Positions 1-12,498 of a stretch of DNA of 64,000 nt are shown in pieces. The position numbers and the translations under genes are program-made. Under the pieces are notes generated by a model. That model saw only the letters and a list, made by a program, of their open reading frames with translations. It was not told where the DNA came from and did not search any database. This DNA comes from Minutocellus sp. GHC0000111. Its lineage: Eukaryota. The stretch covers positions 3,844,001-3,908,000 of the forward strand of contig OZ361260.1 in the NCBI GenBank assembly GCA_977018835.1, in the 5' to 3' direction. Position 1 is the first letter of the stretch. Every line of letters starts with the position of its first letter.

Positions 1-1
1 A

Positions 2-253
2 ATGATTGAGCAAGGTATGACGTACGACCAGGATCCAGAGACGGGCGTTCTGACACCGACAGAATGGGATATCACTGAAAACCTCGAAACTCCCGAGGTG
101 AAAAAAGAATTTTCTTATTTGTATCAGTATGGCATTAATCTCATTGGACGCGGCTTATTGGACGAAGAGGACGGGAAAGAAATTGTGTTGGAGGGTTTAA
201 TCAAAAGGACGGGAAAGACACCTGAAGAGTTTGATGCATGGCTTGGCTACTAG
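2..253 (+). CDS. 3' end of a hypothetical protein (runs off the window edge)
   Basis: Open frame from base 2 to TAG at 251-253 with protein-like composition, followed by AT-rich 3' sequence. No motif recognised. Confidence 0.45.
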   Translation: MIEQGMTYDQDPETGVLTPTEWDITENLETPEVKKEFSYLYQYGINLIGRGLLDEEDGKEIVLEGLIKRTGKTPEEFDAWLGY

Positions 254-362
254 CTACGCAGCTACATCGCTAGATTACATGTCCGTGGCAAGGTACTAGC
301 TAAGATTTGATCGTCATAAACTATAAATAAGTACAGTACATGTAGAGATAGGCATATCGTCG

Positions 363-2281
363 TTACCAGGTTGAGCTAACACCATCAATCAAATGCTCTT
401 GTATATCAGCTTTTGCTTTCCATCTTGCCAAGATGTTTTCGCTTGGAATTGCTGTGCACGACGTTGAGATGTTTTCGGGGCCCAGATGGTCTACACTCAA
501 TGCACGCAAGCCAAGTGTAGCGATTAAAGCCGCTCCACGAGAAGTTGCTTCGTCTGTCTCTTCATCAACGACCACCTCAATTTGGCTGCAGTCTGCCAAC
601 ATTTGCATCCAACATCGATTGTGCACAAGGCCGTTACCACTTGCAACGATTCGAGGGGGGTCATTTGCTTCATTTCCCATCTTGAACAATTTTTGAGCAC
701 CGACAAGAAGTTCGAGGATGGCATTGATGCGCAGCACAACTCCCTCCAACATTGAAACAATTATTTCTTCTCGTGTCGTTTCCCTAGTGATACCGCATAT
801 TCCCCCAGTCGCAAGAGATCGATAGCCAGTGCTCCGCTCTCCACTCAAAAAGGGATTTGTAGACAAATGGTGCATTGCCACCTTGCCTTGTTGTTGTTGT
901 TTGCAATACTCTCCTTCGACTCTTTCCATCACTTTGTCAAATTCAATGTCATCTTGAAGCTGAAATATGGATCTCAGCCACTCAACGACTGATCCCCCAT
1001 CGGTCAGTGCCCCGCCAAGGAGGACGTGATGAGCATCGATTCGATAGCAGAACAACCCCTGCGGTATTGGGATAGAAGGGGGTGGATGACCTTTGTGCGG
1101 CACTTTGGACTCCACATAAGATGCAGAAACTCCTCCACACCATGCCATAAAATTGATTGGCAGGTGCAATATTATTCTAACAGCAGCTGATGTGCCGATG
1201 GAAACTGCTATGCGATCCAGGGTGGTACATTTGCTACCAGCATTTGCACAGGCACCGTCTCCAATACCGAGGAAAAGACGACAGAAATCATCTCGACGGT
1301 CATTTATTGTTTCATTGTCATCACTTTCGTCACACTGTCCTCGTAGCTCAGGCCATCGATCCCAATAAGTGGAGCTTCTCAAAATTTGCATGCCACGATC
1401 CGTAGGTGGAGCTGTATCAAAATCCATCGGAAGCGGAAGGGCTGCGATGCATTCTTTTGGCAGTAAGCGTTTCGTTTCTTCGTCCCAGCGTCCTATGCGG
1501 AAATTGAGCATGCCGGTCCACGAAGCCTCGGAGTACGAGATGGAACAGTGCCACGTCGAAGCTGTCCATTGGTCCAACGGTCGAGACACAAGCTCGCCAG
1601 GGTTGTCCATTTCTCGACTCTGCTGGCAAGTTCGGGACTATTATTGTAAAATACTCTTAATTGCGGAAGGGCATAAGCAGAGTGCAGCGGAGCACCCGTT
1701 CGTTGATACATGTCATCAAGTGCTTCCTTTGTCCTTAGCTTTTCACGGATCGCCTCGCATTCTCTTGCCACCTCGGGGGTGTTGCACGCATACGACAAGG
1801 TGGCATCGTTGCCTACCGGCTTTCCATTACGGTCGATTCCCACGAGATTCATCACAAATGTACTGAACGCCACGGCCGATACAATGTAGGACGACTTCGA
1901 CGCGCCATATTTCTTTCTTATTTTGTCCAATGTCGCATCGACACAACTATCAATATCATCTAACATGCACTGTTCATCGCCGCCATCATACTTTCTGTAT
2001 ATTCTAACTTTGCCTGTGTTTGGCTCGACACCCTGCATCTTGATTGAAGATGAGCATCCCTCCACCGACGCCACAACTCCTCGCGATGTACTCGCACTTC
2101 CTTTGTCATCATCACTCGTGACCATCCCATATGCAGAGCAGCGAATACTACTACTACCAATATCAATGGCAAGGATGAGTCTATCACCCACTATAACTTC
2201 CGGCGGTGGCATCCTGGTTAATAACGGTAGATTGCTACCAATGGTATGTGACGAGAGAGCGGAGGCAAAGGTAGGTATCAT
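363..2281 (-). CDS. FGGY-family carbohydrate kinase (gluconokinase/xylulokinase-like), frameshifted near 1543
   Basis: N-terminal half has ILAIDIGSSSIRC and TGAPLHSAY. C-terminal half has ISYSEASWTG, SIGTSAA, GGALTDGG, PFLSGERS and EATSRGAA. One extra C in GTT CC[C] ATC TCG joins the two ORFs as VPISYSEASWTG. Start could be 2281 or 2212. Confidence 0.85.
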
Positions 2282-2449
2282 CAGCTGATGTCGTGATGTG
2301 ATCGAGCACAGTTGCACAGTGCGGTAACGGTCTGGCCGGCGATCGTTCGGGCGCCGATGTGCTCGGCCGGTCGCCTCCTGACCTTATTTCTTACTGGCTG
2401 AGACTATACCAGCGCTTGTGGCACCATGCACGCCACAAGGATGATGTCA

Positions 2450-2623
2450 ATGGCCCGGGGGAAGGGGAAAACAATCCCAATAAAGCTACTCAGTTCCGTT
2501 GGCACAGGTTTCTTTTACACCACTCGGAAGAATGTGTCGCGCAATCCGGAGAAGCTGGCCTTTGTCAAGTACGATCCCATCGTCAAGCGGCGTGTGTTAT
2601 TCAACGAAGCAAAAATTAAATAA
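2450..2623 (+). CDS. rpl33: Ribosomal protein bL33 (probably mitochondrial)
   Basis: MARGKGKTIPIKLLSSVGTGFFYTTRKN...KYDPIVKRRVLFNEAKIK matches the L33 signature. An upstream in-frame ATG at 2426 is possible. Confidence 0.93.
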   Translation: MARGKGKTIPIKLLSSVGTGFFYTTRKNVSRNPEKLAFVKYDPIVKRRVLFNEAKIK

Positions 2624-3077
2624 GAGGGAGAGAGGTGTCTTTTGAGCGCTCCGGGAGACGGTGTGCTATTGTAGAATGAAGAGGGAAAATCGGGTCGATA
2701 GTTTGTTTGACTGGCGACAACCCTCGGTTCGGACGTGCAGCCCAACCGGAAAAGTGAATGCAGGCGGAAATGCAGGCATGGGGTGGTGATGGAAGGCATA
2801 TTCAATTCCATTGCTTTTCGAAGATAGATGGAATATGCTTATTGTGTAGCCTCTGTCTGCCGTCTCCTTGGGCCAGTATTGCTGTTCATAGACACAAGAG
2901 ACCTGTATCGTATCGATTTTAACCAGAATTCTAGGCACATGTAACTGCACTTGATTAATGAAGCTACGTAGATCTAGCTAGATTACGATGCAGTAGATCT
3001 AGATATATACTTTCAAATATATCTTTCGTGATAGCCTCTGCATGCGATCTGACAAAGGAAGCACTAGAAATGCTGAA

Positions 3078-6000
3078 TCAATCTTGCTCTTTTACTGATT
3101 TCATGACCGGGACACCGGGGTAGCCAATATTCTTGGGGAAGATCGTCTTGTTTGGTGTAGCTCTTCGGGACCTTCCCATGCTCGCGGTCATGCTCGGTTT
3201 TCTCCCCGAAGAGCTCTTGGAAAACAAATCGTATTCATCTGAGGTGGCCGCGTGGCTTAACAACGTCTTTTTCTCGACTGCCATATTACCTCTGAGATAG
3301 CCGACTGATTCGTCCAACACATCCTTTGGTAGAGTACTATCGAGGAAAGCGTGCACGAATCCCTTTGGCTGCGTTGGATGCTGCTGTGGCGGTGCTGAGT
3401 GTTGGCTGTAGCTACCCATGCCGCTGCTCCCACTGACGGGGGCAGACGAGAGAGGACCATGGCCCCCACCATTCTCTTCTCTAGCGCGGTCTTGTTCGGC
3501 TACTCTTATTTGAGAGGTATTTCCTGTGCTTGCTCGGCGTGGTATAACATCGTCCTCTTCATCTGATGATAGAGCAATGCGCGTGGCATTATTACCTTCA
3601 CCATCGTCCATCACAGCGGCGGAAGGGGCAAACGCCGATGATGGCGGTACCGGACCCAGCTCGAGATCAAACTGATCTGGTGCAATGGAGCTCGATTTGC
3701 TACAAACACTTCGGTCGTCACGGTGCACAGTGTAGGCAGTCCCGTTCCAGAACACCTTGCCCTTTCGACCCAACCTCTTTCCAGTTCGCGGCATTTCGCC
3801 CGGAACATGCGACGAATACGCCCTTTGTGTCGGCGATGCCAATCGGTTGAAGATAGTCCGTGTGTGGGAAAACGAATGTGTGCAAGATCGCCGCGCCAAA
3901 CATCTCGATACAAATCAAATAGTCTTGAAGTCCCTTGGCAACGTCTTCTGCGGTCCAATCTAAATTGCTGTCCTCCCCGTCTCCATTTCCATCGCCTTCG
4001 GCAAAGCTGTAGTGCGGAATCATGCCCATCTGAAACAGGATCGAAATGCCGACGGATTGCCACCACGTGAAGAAGACAAGGGCCTTGACACTTAGAAACT
4101 TCCCAACCGGTCGGATTGGCCCAAGTTCATTTTTCGTTGCATAGTAGAAGAACACCAGACAGTAGAGCGCCCAGCACTGCGAAAAATTGGTCAAGAGGCA
4201 AATGTAGAAGTAACCATACTTGGGGCTAAAACTACCCTCATGATACCACCCCAACACCTCCAAGAGCATCGCTGATACAGAACAGACAAATTTGAGGACG
4301 ACGTACTGCAAAATCCCGCGCTTGCACTTGACCAAAAATGGTGACGTCCATCGAACTTGCTTGATCATTCGAGGTGCCATTGATCCGCCTACTCCGCCTG
4401 TTGCTGCTGTTGATTGTGCTGCTGTGGCATCTTCACCAAGGTCGGACTGAGCCACAACATATGTCCGACTTACTGGCTGTCCCATAAGCCACGGTTTGAT
4501 GCACCAATCGAATCCCCATATATGAACCCCTCTGGTTGGGGATTTGTCTTTCAGCATCAATACAAGCTGCTCCTCACCTCCGAGGACTTGTATCAAAAAC
4601 TGAAAGAAGCTGTAAAGGACGAACGATTCATAGCAATCACGTAAAGTTTCGATGTAGATCGCATATGTGTGGAATCGAAGACATAACCAGGACTCGATCG
4701 AGTATATGGGGACCATCCAAAGAATCCGAACAACATAGCACTGGATATGAGGCTGGTAGTAGTTGCTGAGGTGCGTAAAGATGCCGTAGATGGATATGCG
4801 GAAGCCAAGTAAAACAAAAGCACCGGCAGAGAACCACGCAATTAGATGTGGGTCAGTTCCATTTTGTTTCAGCTCATGTGAATAGTAAATGATAATCACC
4901 ACCATGGCAATAATCGAAGTCCAAAGCAGCAACCGCCCAAGAAAATGCATGACTGTCAATGTCGAGCGCAAAATAGATCGACCATATTCTGTCCGTTCGC
5001 AGTACTGCCGGATGCGTGACTTACGCCGACGCAAATCCGATGCATGCATTGTTGAAGCACCAGCATCACCACTAGTAGGGAGAAGACTTCCAGTGGCCGG
5101 GTCGAACTTGACCGTACCCGCAATACTCCCTCCGCCGTCCGCATCTTTGGCCCGTGAACCACGCTTGAACAGCCGCCTAGCTCGAAGTATGTGCTTATTG
5201 ATGAAAGTTCCAAACCGTATCGGTGCGGGCGGATCGTCTCCGCCAGCCCTTCTGTAAGAAATCTGATTGGGGCTTTGCAATGTATCCGGTGGACCTACTA
5301 GTACTGTGCGCGATCTCGATCGATCTAACCTGCCATCACCATTGACTTCATGCAGTGGACTAGGTGATGGCGATAGATCGATATCCTGAAGGCTGCCTTC
5401 TCGGTACGCCATATCGGCATCAGCATCAGCATTTGCGTCAGCATCGCCCACAGTATCGCTATGGCCAGAACGCGTTACCAACGGACTTGATAAATCCCTG
5501 TCAACACTCTCATCTGCATCGCCATTGTCGTCATCGGTATCCTCCGCGTCCTCGGAATCTTCTTCAATTATGGTCTCATTGACAAGCCCAAGCTGACCAA
5601 AGTCCGATCCTTGCACTTCATCCGAGGGGCCGACACCTTCCTTTTTCTCTTCTTGCTGTTCAATGCTTGCTTGGCCACCATCTATTCTTTGTCTCTTAAC
5701 TTCCGATTCATCATGGTGGACACTTGAAGATGTTGGTCCTGCTCTCACTGTCGATGTCATGGGCGGGAGAGGCGATACAAAGCTGGGAGCCTCCTCTTGA
5801 GAGAGCTGCAATGTCGACGAAGAAGCGGGAGTTGCGACCAACGTGCTGGTGACATTCTCACTATCCATTACATCATCTGTAACGACGTCGTTCCCCTCAT
5901 CACTGCTGGTGCTTCCAGCCATATCAGCTGGGGCGGTGCCGACTAATGCCTGTAACGACAGATCAGCATTTTCCGTCGTCTCTCCAACAATAGCGCAGCG

Positions 6001-6099
6001 ACCACCAACCGTACTAGTACCCTCACGCACAAAGCGGGCATAACGCTCGGCATCAATATCGGCGTCAGCCCACGCATCGTCGTCATCTAAATGTTCCAT
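3078..6099 (-). CDS. TMEM184 / organic solute transporter alpha-family membrane protein with long acidic N-terminus, frameshifted near 3825
   Basis: RILWMVPIYSIESW, RDCYE, KFLSVKALVFFTWWQ and LQDYLICIEM motifs. The C-terminal tail (AFLDSTLPKDVLDE) continues in the overlapping frame 3078-3899. Confidence 0.88.
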
Positions 6100-6885
6100 T
6101 AGAAATTTCTACTAACTACGTAGCACGATGGTTCCAAATGCTCGGCCGCAAGGAGTATGTTGGTTTGTTGTACCGAGCAAACGTATCTCCTCTTCACGAG
6201 CCAGTCGAGCGACAAGTTAAGTGTTGGAACGTGCGATGCGATGTTGCAGTCAATCTGGCGGCACCAGAAAATCAGGCAGGAGACACGACGTGTAGTGAAG
6301 AAATAGAAAGATGCAGCAACCTATTTTCGCTGACTGCAATACCCTTCGACGCCTCGGCTCAGACTGGCTGATGACTCTTATGCCTGCTACTACTACGCAG
6401 TATTGCGTGAAATAGTACAGCACAGCTGGCCGCTGGACTGGCTGCGAGCTGCGAGGCTTTGTGCCGTTTCTTCGCGCGGCCGGTCAAAATGACGGTTTTT
6501 GAGGACCATGCAGTTTTCGATCGATAGCCTTCCTATCATCATCAATGGCGGTCCCGGTAAAATAAAGACCGGTTCAGGGTAGATCTATGTGTACCGGTAC
6601 ATGTCCTCTCACATGCGAATCCACCGGTAGAGGGAAATGATGGATGGACCTACAAAACCGGTAGCAAATTCAAAATGAATTCGGACGTTAAACTGAATTT
6701 GATCTACTTGCTACTATTTACATTCCTATTACAACTGTTCGAATGACTTAATGACTTGACTTGACTTGTGGCTGGTGGGCACCGCAGTAAGTTTCATCGT
6801 TGTCACTTGCCATCTTTTTTTACTGAACGCATCTGTACGGCCACTGGTCCGAAAGAGTCAGAGGCGGGAAAAATCAATAACATCT

Positions 6886-9800
6886 TCACTTCCGCCTTGG
6901 GTCCTTTTCGTTAACTCCGTCAAAGGCGGCGCGTCTAGCCTCGTTCACTGCATCTTCTGTGTTGTTGTTGTTGGCCTTGGCCTTCTGGAGCTTCGCTCTG
7001 GCGATTTCGTATGCCAGGGCGGCCTTCTCTCGAGTGTCAAAGACACCAATATATCGTGATTTGCCCGCAAAGTACATCTGCGCCTGCCACTTGCCCGAGG
7101 GGCGCATGGTAACGCCACGCAGAATAGCGGCAGCAAGGGCGGCAGCCTCCTTGTTCTTGCCCCCGGCAATGGCGGTGATGGCTGCGGCAGATTTCGTCGA
7201 CTTTTGCCGATCGGCTGAATTTGTGCTGCCGCCGCCGTTCCCGCCGGTGCTGGAAGCCTGACCCCCCGTCTTCCGTGCCGACTTGCTCTTCTTCTTGGGT
7301 GAGCCTGGTTTGCTCTTCTTGGTCGAAGTAGGTGTGGGCTGGCTTCCACTTGCGCTCTTTCTCTTCGTTGCAGTCGCAGTCGCTGACTTGGACTTTTCCT
7401 TTGACTTGGACGCAGCCTTCGGGGAAGACCTGGAAGGTGAACTTGCATTTGGACTGTTGGCACCGCTGCCCTTTCCACTGCCGTTGCCCTTGGAGTTGGG
7501 GCTGCTTCCTTCCTTCGTCTTCGGCGGCGAACCATAGGCGGCAGCATTCATCGGATGCCGAGCATTTGGTTGAGGTGGGAAATGCATCATATGATACGCC
7601 ATATGAGGAGGGAAGTTGGGATGGTACATGGGGCGGTGTGGAGCACTTGATCCTTTCTCTTTCGAACCGCTACCTGGAGGAGGAGGAGCACCGTACGGAG
7701 GCGGCCCGCGGGCATGGGGTGGTGGTGGGCCAGCACCGGGCTTCCAGCCGCCGGGGGGTCCCATCGGATGGTGACCCATAAATGCTGGGTGGGTTCCTGG
7801 ATGGTACGGGTGATATCCGTGCATATATTCTCCACCTGGACCGGCAGGCCGCGATCCCGGTTCGCCAGCCGTCGGGCTCGGTGTTTTCTTCTCCCCCTTT
7901 GTCGACATCTTGGTCGAAGAAGCGCCACCCTTTGCGCCAGGCCCAGATCCCGAAGGAAGAGCGGGTGGCCGAAAATGCTCTGCGTGTCGAGGCTGGCCGG
8001 GATGCCGTGCGGCACTACCGAGTGCATCCTTTCTCGCCACGAGCTTTGACGGCGAACCACCCGCGTGGGCCGGACCGCCCTTCCCGATTACGGGTAGCTG
8101 CAAGTTGGACGGTGCCTCTCCAGCCATTTGGCCATATCGAGCATGTGCTGGATGGCCTCGCGGGGTCGCCGCCGATGCAAGCTGAAGCAAAACGCTGAGG
8201 TCTTCGTCCTCCATAAGATCCCGCTCGGCCATGTGCACCGCCTCAAGGGTCGTCGCATCTCCTGACTTCTTTCCCTTCTTCCCGCTCCTGCTACCCATAT
8301 AAGGCGCCGCCCTACCTCCTGCACCTGCGGTAGCGTGTCGACCATGAGGGGAATCAAAGATGTTCTTGTAATTGATTAGTGTGCCAGGTTTACTCTTGTT
8401 GGTGGCCAAAGGGGAAACACAGATGAGATTTGACAACGGATGCTGCGGCTGTCTCCTACCCGAGATGCGCGGGGAGTATCCTTCGGCGCCAGATGGAAGT
8501 CCGGCGACGTCGGAGAAGAAGAAGCCAACGCGATCGCTCGGTGTTCTTGGCGTCCGAGGTCCAGCACCGTAGTATTCTCGGGGCGTATTCACGGCTGAGG
8601 CAACATACCCCCCTGGGGAAAACATACCAGTGGGTGATTGAAGCCATGAAAAGACTGTGAAAGAAGTATCACATAATGTAAAAAGATGTAAGTTGGGTTA
8701 GAAGGCAAATAGCTAAAGAAGGTCCCGGATAAAAGACACAAAGTTTGTATACGTCACGAGAGAAAGGGGTGTTTTACGGTCCCGTCGAAACTGCATTTGG
8801 CTTACCTCCCTCGCCGGTCTGGAACGAGGGCGAATTGATGGACTTGCCGAAGTCTGTGGCGAAGTTGGTGGGAGTAGCCCTGCCTCCCCTCTCCTTGCCC
8901 GTTTCTCCGCCCTTATCCTTCGAAGATGACTTGGTGCCAGCGGCAGACTTTCCACCTCCCCCCGTTTTCTTCTTACCGCCATCTGAAGAATTAGACGGAA
9001 CTGATACGGTTGAGGTTGCCGACATCTCGCCCTCATGAAGGGTTGGCAATGGCTTGGCACCCCCACTGGCGCCACTTGCCGCAGTACTGCCTCCAGCATA
9101 GTGATGCTGCTGGGGAGGAACCGGGGAGAATGTCACATTTCGCGATGACGTGGTTGAGCCACTGGTGGCGGCAGCAGAAGATACAGCAGCCGCGGCCGCC
9201 GCAGCCGCCGCGGCGGCGGGAGATGGCCGAGGACTTCTGGGGGCTTGTTGGTCTCTGCTTCTCGAAGTTGTGGCATCATGAGAGGCGTCGTCTGCTGCAA
9301 CAGGACTAGGAGATTTGGATTTGCGTTTCCTCAACCCGAAGCGCTTGGCACCTGGCGACAGATGAGGTTCATTGGGGTCGACCACATTCGCCTCCTTGGC
9401 ATCGACGGTAGGAGGAGACGCTGCCTTTGTCGTCGCTGAGGACGAACCACCGGCACCGTCGGGCGCCACAACGGGAGGCTGCTCCTGTTCGGTGATCGTT
9501 GGTCCGGCGCCAGAGACACCGGAACTTGGAGGAGCGTTGTTGGCCTTATCATCGGGGGGAGTGACAGTTGCAGCAGCCTTTGGAGTCGGGGCTGCGACGG
9601 GAGTCGCCATGTCCTTCTCGTCGCTAACGCGGTTCTTGGTACTCTTACCCAAAGGTTCGGTTGACAGGCTCCGACCCGATCGCGTTCTGGTACTGGTCGT
9701 GGTCCCTCCTGCAACAGCTCCGGCTCCGGAGGAAGCTGAAGTTGCCTCGTCCCCTACTACCCCTGCAGTAACACCATCAGCCCGGTCGGGAGTAGCAAAC

Positions 9801-9922
9801 GAAACAGTAGCGGACACCGTCGCAGAGGGGGAATCTTCGGTACTGGTAGCAGCTGCGCCAGTCGTTGGGGGCGGGTCTCGTTTGATCTTTTTCGAGCGAG
9901 TGTTGGCTCGACTGTTCATCAT
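6886..9922 (-). CDS. AP2/ERF-domain transcription factor, 2 exons (9922-8806, 8654-6886)
   Basis: C-terminal LRGVTMRPSGKWQAQMYFAGKSRYIGVFDTREKAALAYE is an AP2 domain. Intron 8655-8805 (GTAAGC...TCACAG) joins GEG-VFSWLQSPTGMFSP in frame. The rest is low complexity. Confidence 0.88.
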
Positions 9923-11487
9923 TGATTTATTTTTGAATGGGTGCAATGGATTTGTAAAGAGCGAGGAGAAGAAAGATTAGTCAATTTAGTTGGCCAGTGT
10001 CATGTGTTGTGATCAGAGAAAGAGGGGATATGCATCGATGAGGGCATATCACATAGAGAAAGGGAAGCGATCCCGAAATCCCGACGTTCTCCCACGCAGC
10101 ACGTTGCATCTCTCCGAACAGAGCAGAACTGACGTAGCTGACTTCCCCCGCCAGCAAGGCAGGGAGCTGCCTGCAAAGGGATACACATAAAGAATTCCAC
10201 GCCACTCGTGCGGGTGGGACCAATGAATCCCTCCTCTGAAGGTGTCACAGTCCTGCGACGCTTCCACGCCCGCAAAACCTGACGTCGACCCATTGATATC
10301 TCAACCAACACCAAAGGCCCAACTCGCTTTTTTAGATACAATGAACACCCTCGCCATGAGCCATCCCAAGCCCGCGCAAGTGTTGCCGAGGAAGACGGGT
10401 TCGAGGCGGGGCACAAACGAATGATCTTCCACCACCACAACCGAGGAGCGAGCGAGCAAAAGCACAGAACGAGGCGGCGAGGGGGGCAAAAAAGAAAACG
10501 AAAAAGAGTTTGCTTTGCTTACGTCGTGGGAGTGACGGGGTGCGACATGACGGCAGACCGGGGCATGGCAACGATATGACTCCTCAGCTCCTTTGCACGA
10601 AACAGGCAGACGTAGCGGCGACTGGGTGGGCCTTTCGCTGTGCGATCGATTTATGCCTTTGTGCTGGAAAAAAGTATCCAGTGGCGCGCAAAAATAATTT
10701 TCCTCTCGGAGAATTTAGGGGAGGCCAATGGTTGGCGCCCAATTCGAAGCACGTTTATCGACCTCTGCTGATGACGATGTGAACCAGCACCAAAGTGATG
10801 TGGGCCCGGCCTGCTTCCTGGCTGCTGGTGGAGCTTTTGATAGGGTGCGCGCCTCAACGCGAGACGGCTTCCTTCAGGCTCAACGCTTCTCTTGCAAGAC
10901 CTGACGCCTTTCCCCCCTCGTTCACTGAAATTCTCCCCGGCCCCGCCGAGCTAAATGAATCGCACGGCGATATTTTCTCTCTGAGCTCAATCCGAAATCA
11001 AAAGGCCTTATGCGGGCAATATATGGGACCGCCTGCTGCTGGTGGAGCAGCAGCGATGGGGGAACGAGCACGTACCTTCGAAAGATGCGCAGATGCTGAG
11101 AATGCGAGAGCGAGCAATTCGACCTCCGTGTCGTGGCGGCACGGAACTGACAGTCTGCCGCTGTTATCAGCGGTCCGGCGCTGGTAGTTCCTTCCGCAGG
11201 AGTCGTTTGTGCTTTCGGAGGGAGTTTTGCTGTTGTTGGCTTGCACTGTTTCGCTGTTGAGCGAAGTGCGACATACCTAGGTACCTCTAGCTAGGCCTAC
11301 GTAGGCTAGCTAGGTACGCCAGCAGTCAGAAAGTGCTGACGTGGATGTTCGTCACAAAAATCGTTGGCTCGCGCTCGCTCGCTCGGCCGCTCGCTCTCGC
11401 TCTTGCCATTCATTTCTTTCACACACATGTACCGTCCGGCATGTACTAGATCTACGTACATGTAGCTAGAGTACTAGTATGCATGTG

Positions 11488-11676
11488 TTCATTCATTCAT
11501 TCATTCATTCATTCATTCATTCATTCATTCATTCATTCATTCATTCATTCATTCATTCATTCATTCATTCATTCATTCATTCATTCATTCATTCATTCAT
11601 TCATTCATTCATTCATTCATTCATTCATTCATTCATTCATTCATTCATTCATTCATTCATTCATTCATTCATTCAT
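11488..11676. repeat. Perfect (TTCA)n microsatellite, about 47 copies
   Basis: Uninterrupted tetranucleotide array seen directly in the sequence. Confidence 0.98.
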
Positions 11677-12498
11677 AAAAATCATCCAATATACTAGTAC
11701 CGTACAATGTGCAGTCCTGTTGGCTTGTGGCTAGCAATTACATTCTCCAAGTAGATCTAGATGATCGAATTACCGGCACGGCATGAAGCAATGGCAGTCA
11801 TCATCATGCACAAGTCGCTTGAGTTCCTGGTCATGCACACGCCCATCGAAAAATGAGTCAATCAAAGCCTCACGATCGATGGTGGTGTGAGTGATTTGAA
11901 AAGGAATTCCCAAATCTAGTTGCATGTTTGTAAAATGAAGCTTACATGTTATATATACAAATATAAAGACTCTCTTGTTATGTGTGTGCGTGTGTCAAAT
12001 CAGATCTAGATCTAGAGATCTACATGTACCGGCACATGTATGAATAGAATCTACGCAAACGTTTATCAAATTGTCATCTTGAATAAGTGAGATCAATAGA
12101 GTCAAGGTAATTCACCGCAGAAACTTCGTCTTTCTTACTCGTAGTGATACTCAGGGCCGCTCCTGTAACCTCGGAATTGCTCGTAGTACCCGTACTCCCT
12201 GCCTGTTCGAATGACAAGCAGAGAATCCCTCAGAGCATCGGCCAGTCTCTATCTACAGAGATCTTTTACACTCTATTATATAAATAAACGTCGTATATAG
12301 ATCTAGAAACATGAATATAATATAAATTTTGCAAGTGTCTGCGTCTTTAGATCCTGCCGGTCGGTAGATCTACCGACCGGTCAGTACATGTTCTACCCAA
12401 AAAGGTAGATATACATGTCAAGCTGCAAGCATCTTCCGAGCAGCACCAATCTACTCTAGATCTAGCTACGTAGCCTAGTTATCATCGATCAATTCCCT

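Noticed and set aside
10000..11260. Several 60-150 aa ORFs upstream of the AP2 gene
   Set aside because: Non-ATG starts, no motifs and mutual overlaps; treated as promoter/5' UTR.
11479..11734. ORFs reading (HSFI)n
   Set aside because: They are translations of the TTCA microsatellite. The array has no spacers, so it is not CRISPR, and it is not a telomere-type repeat.
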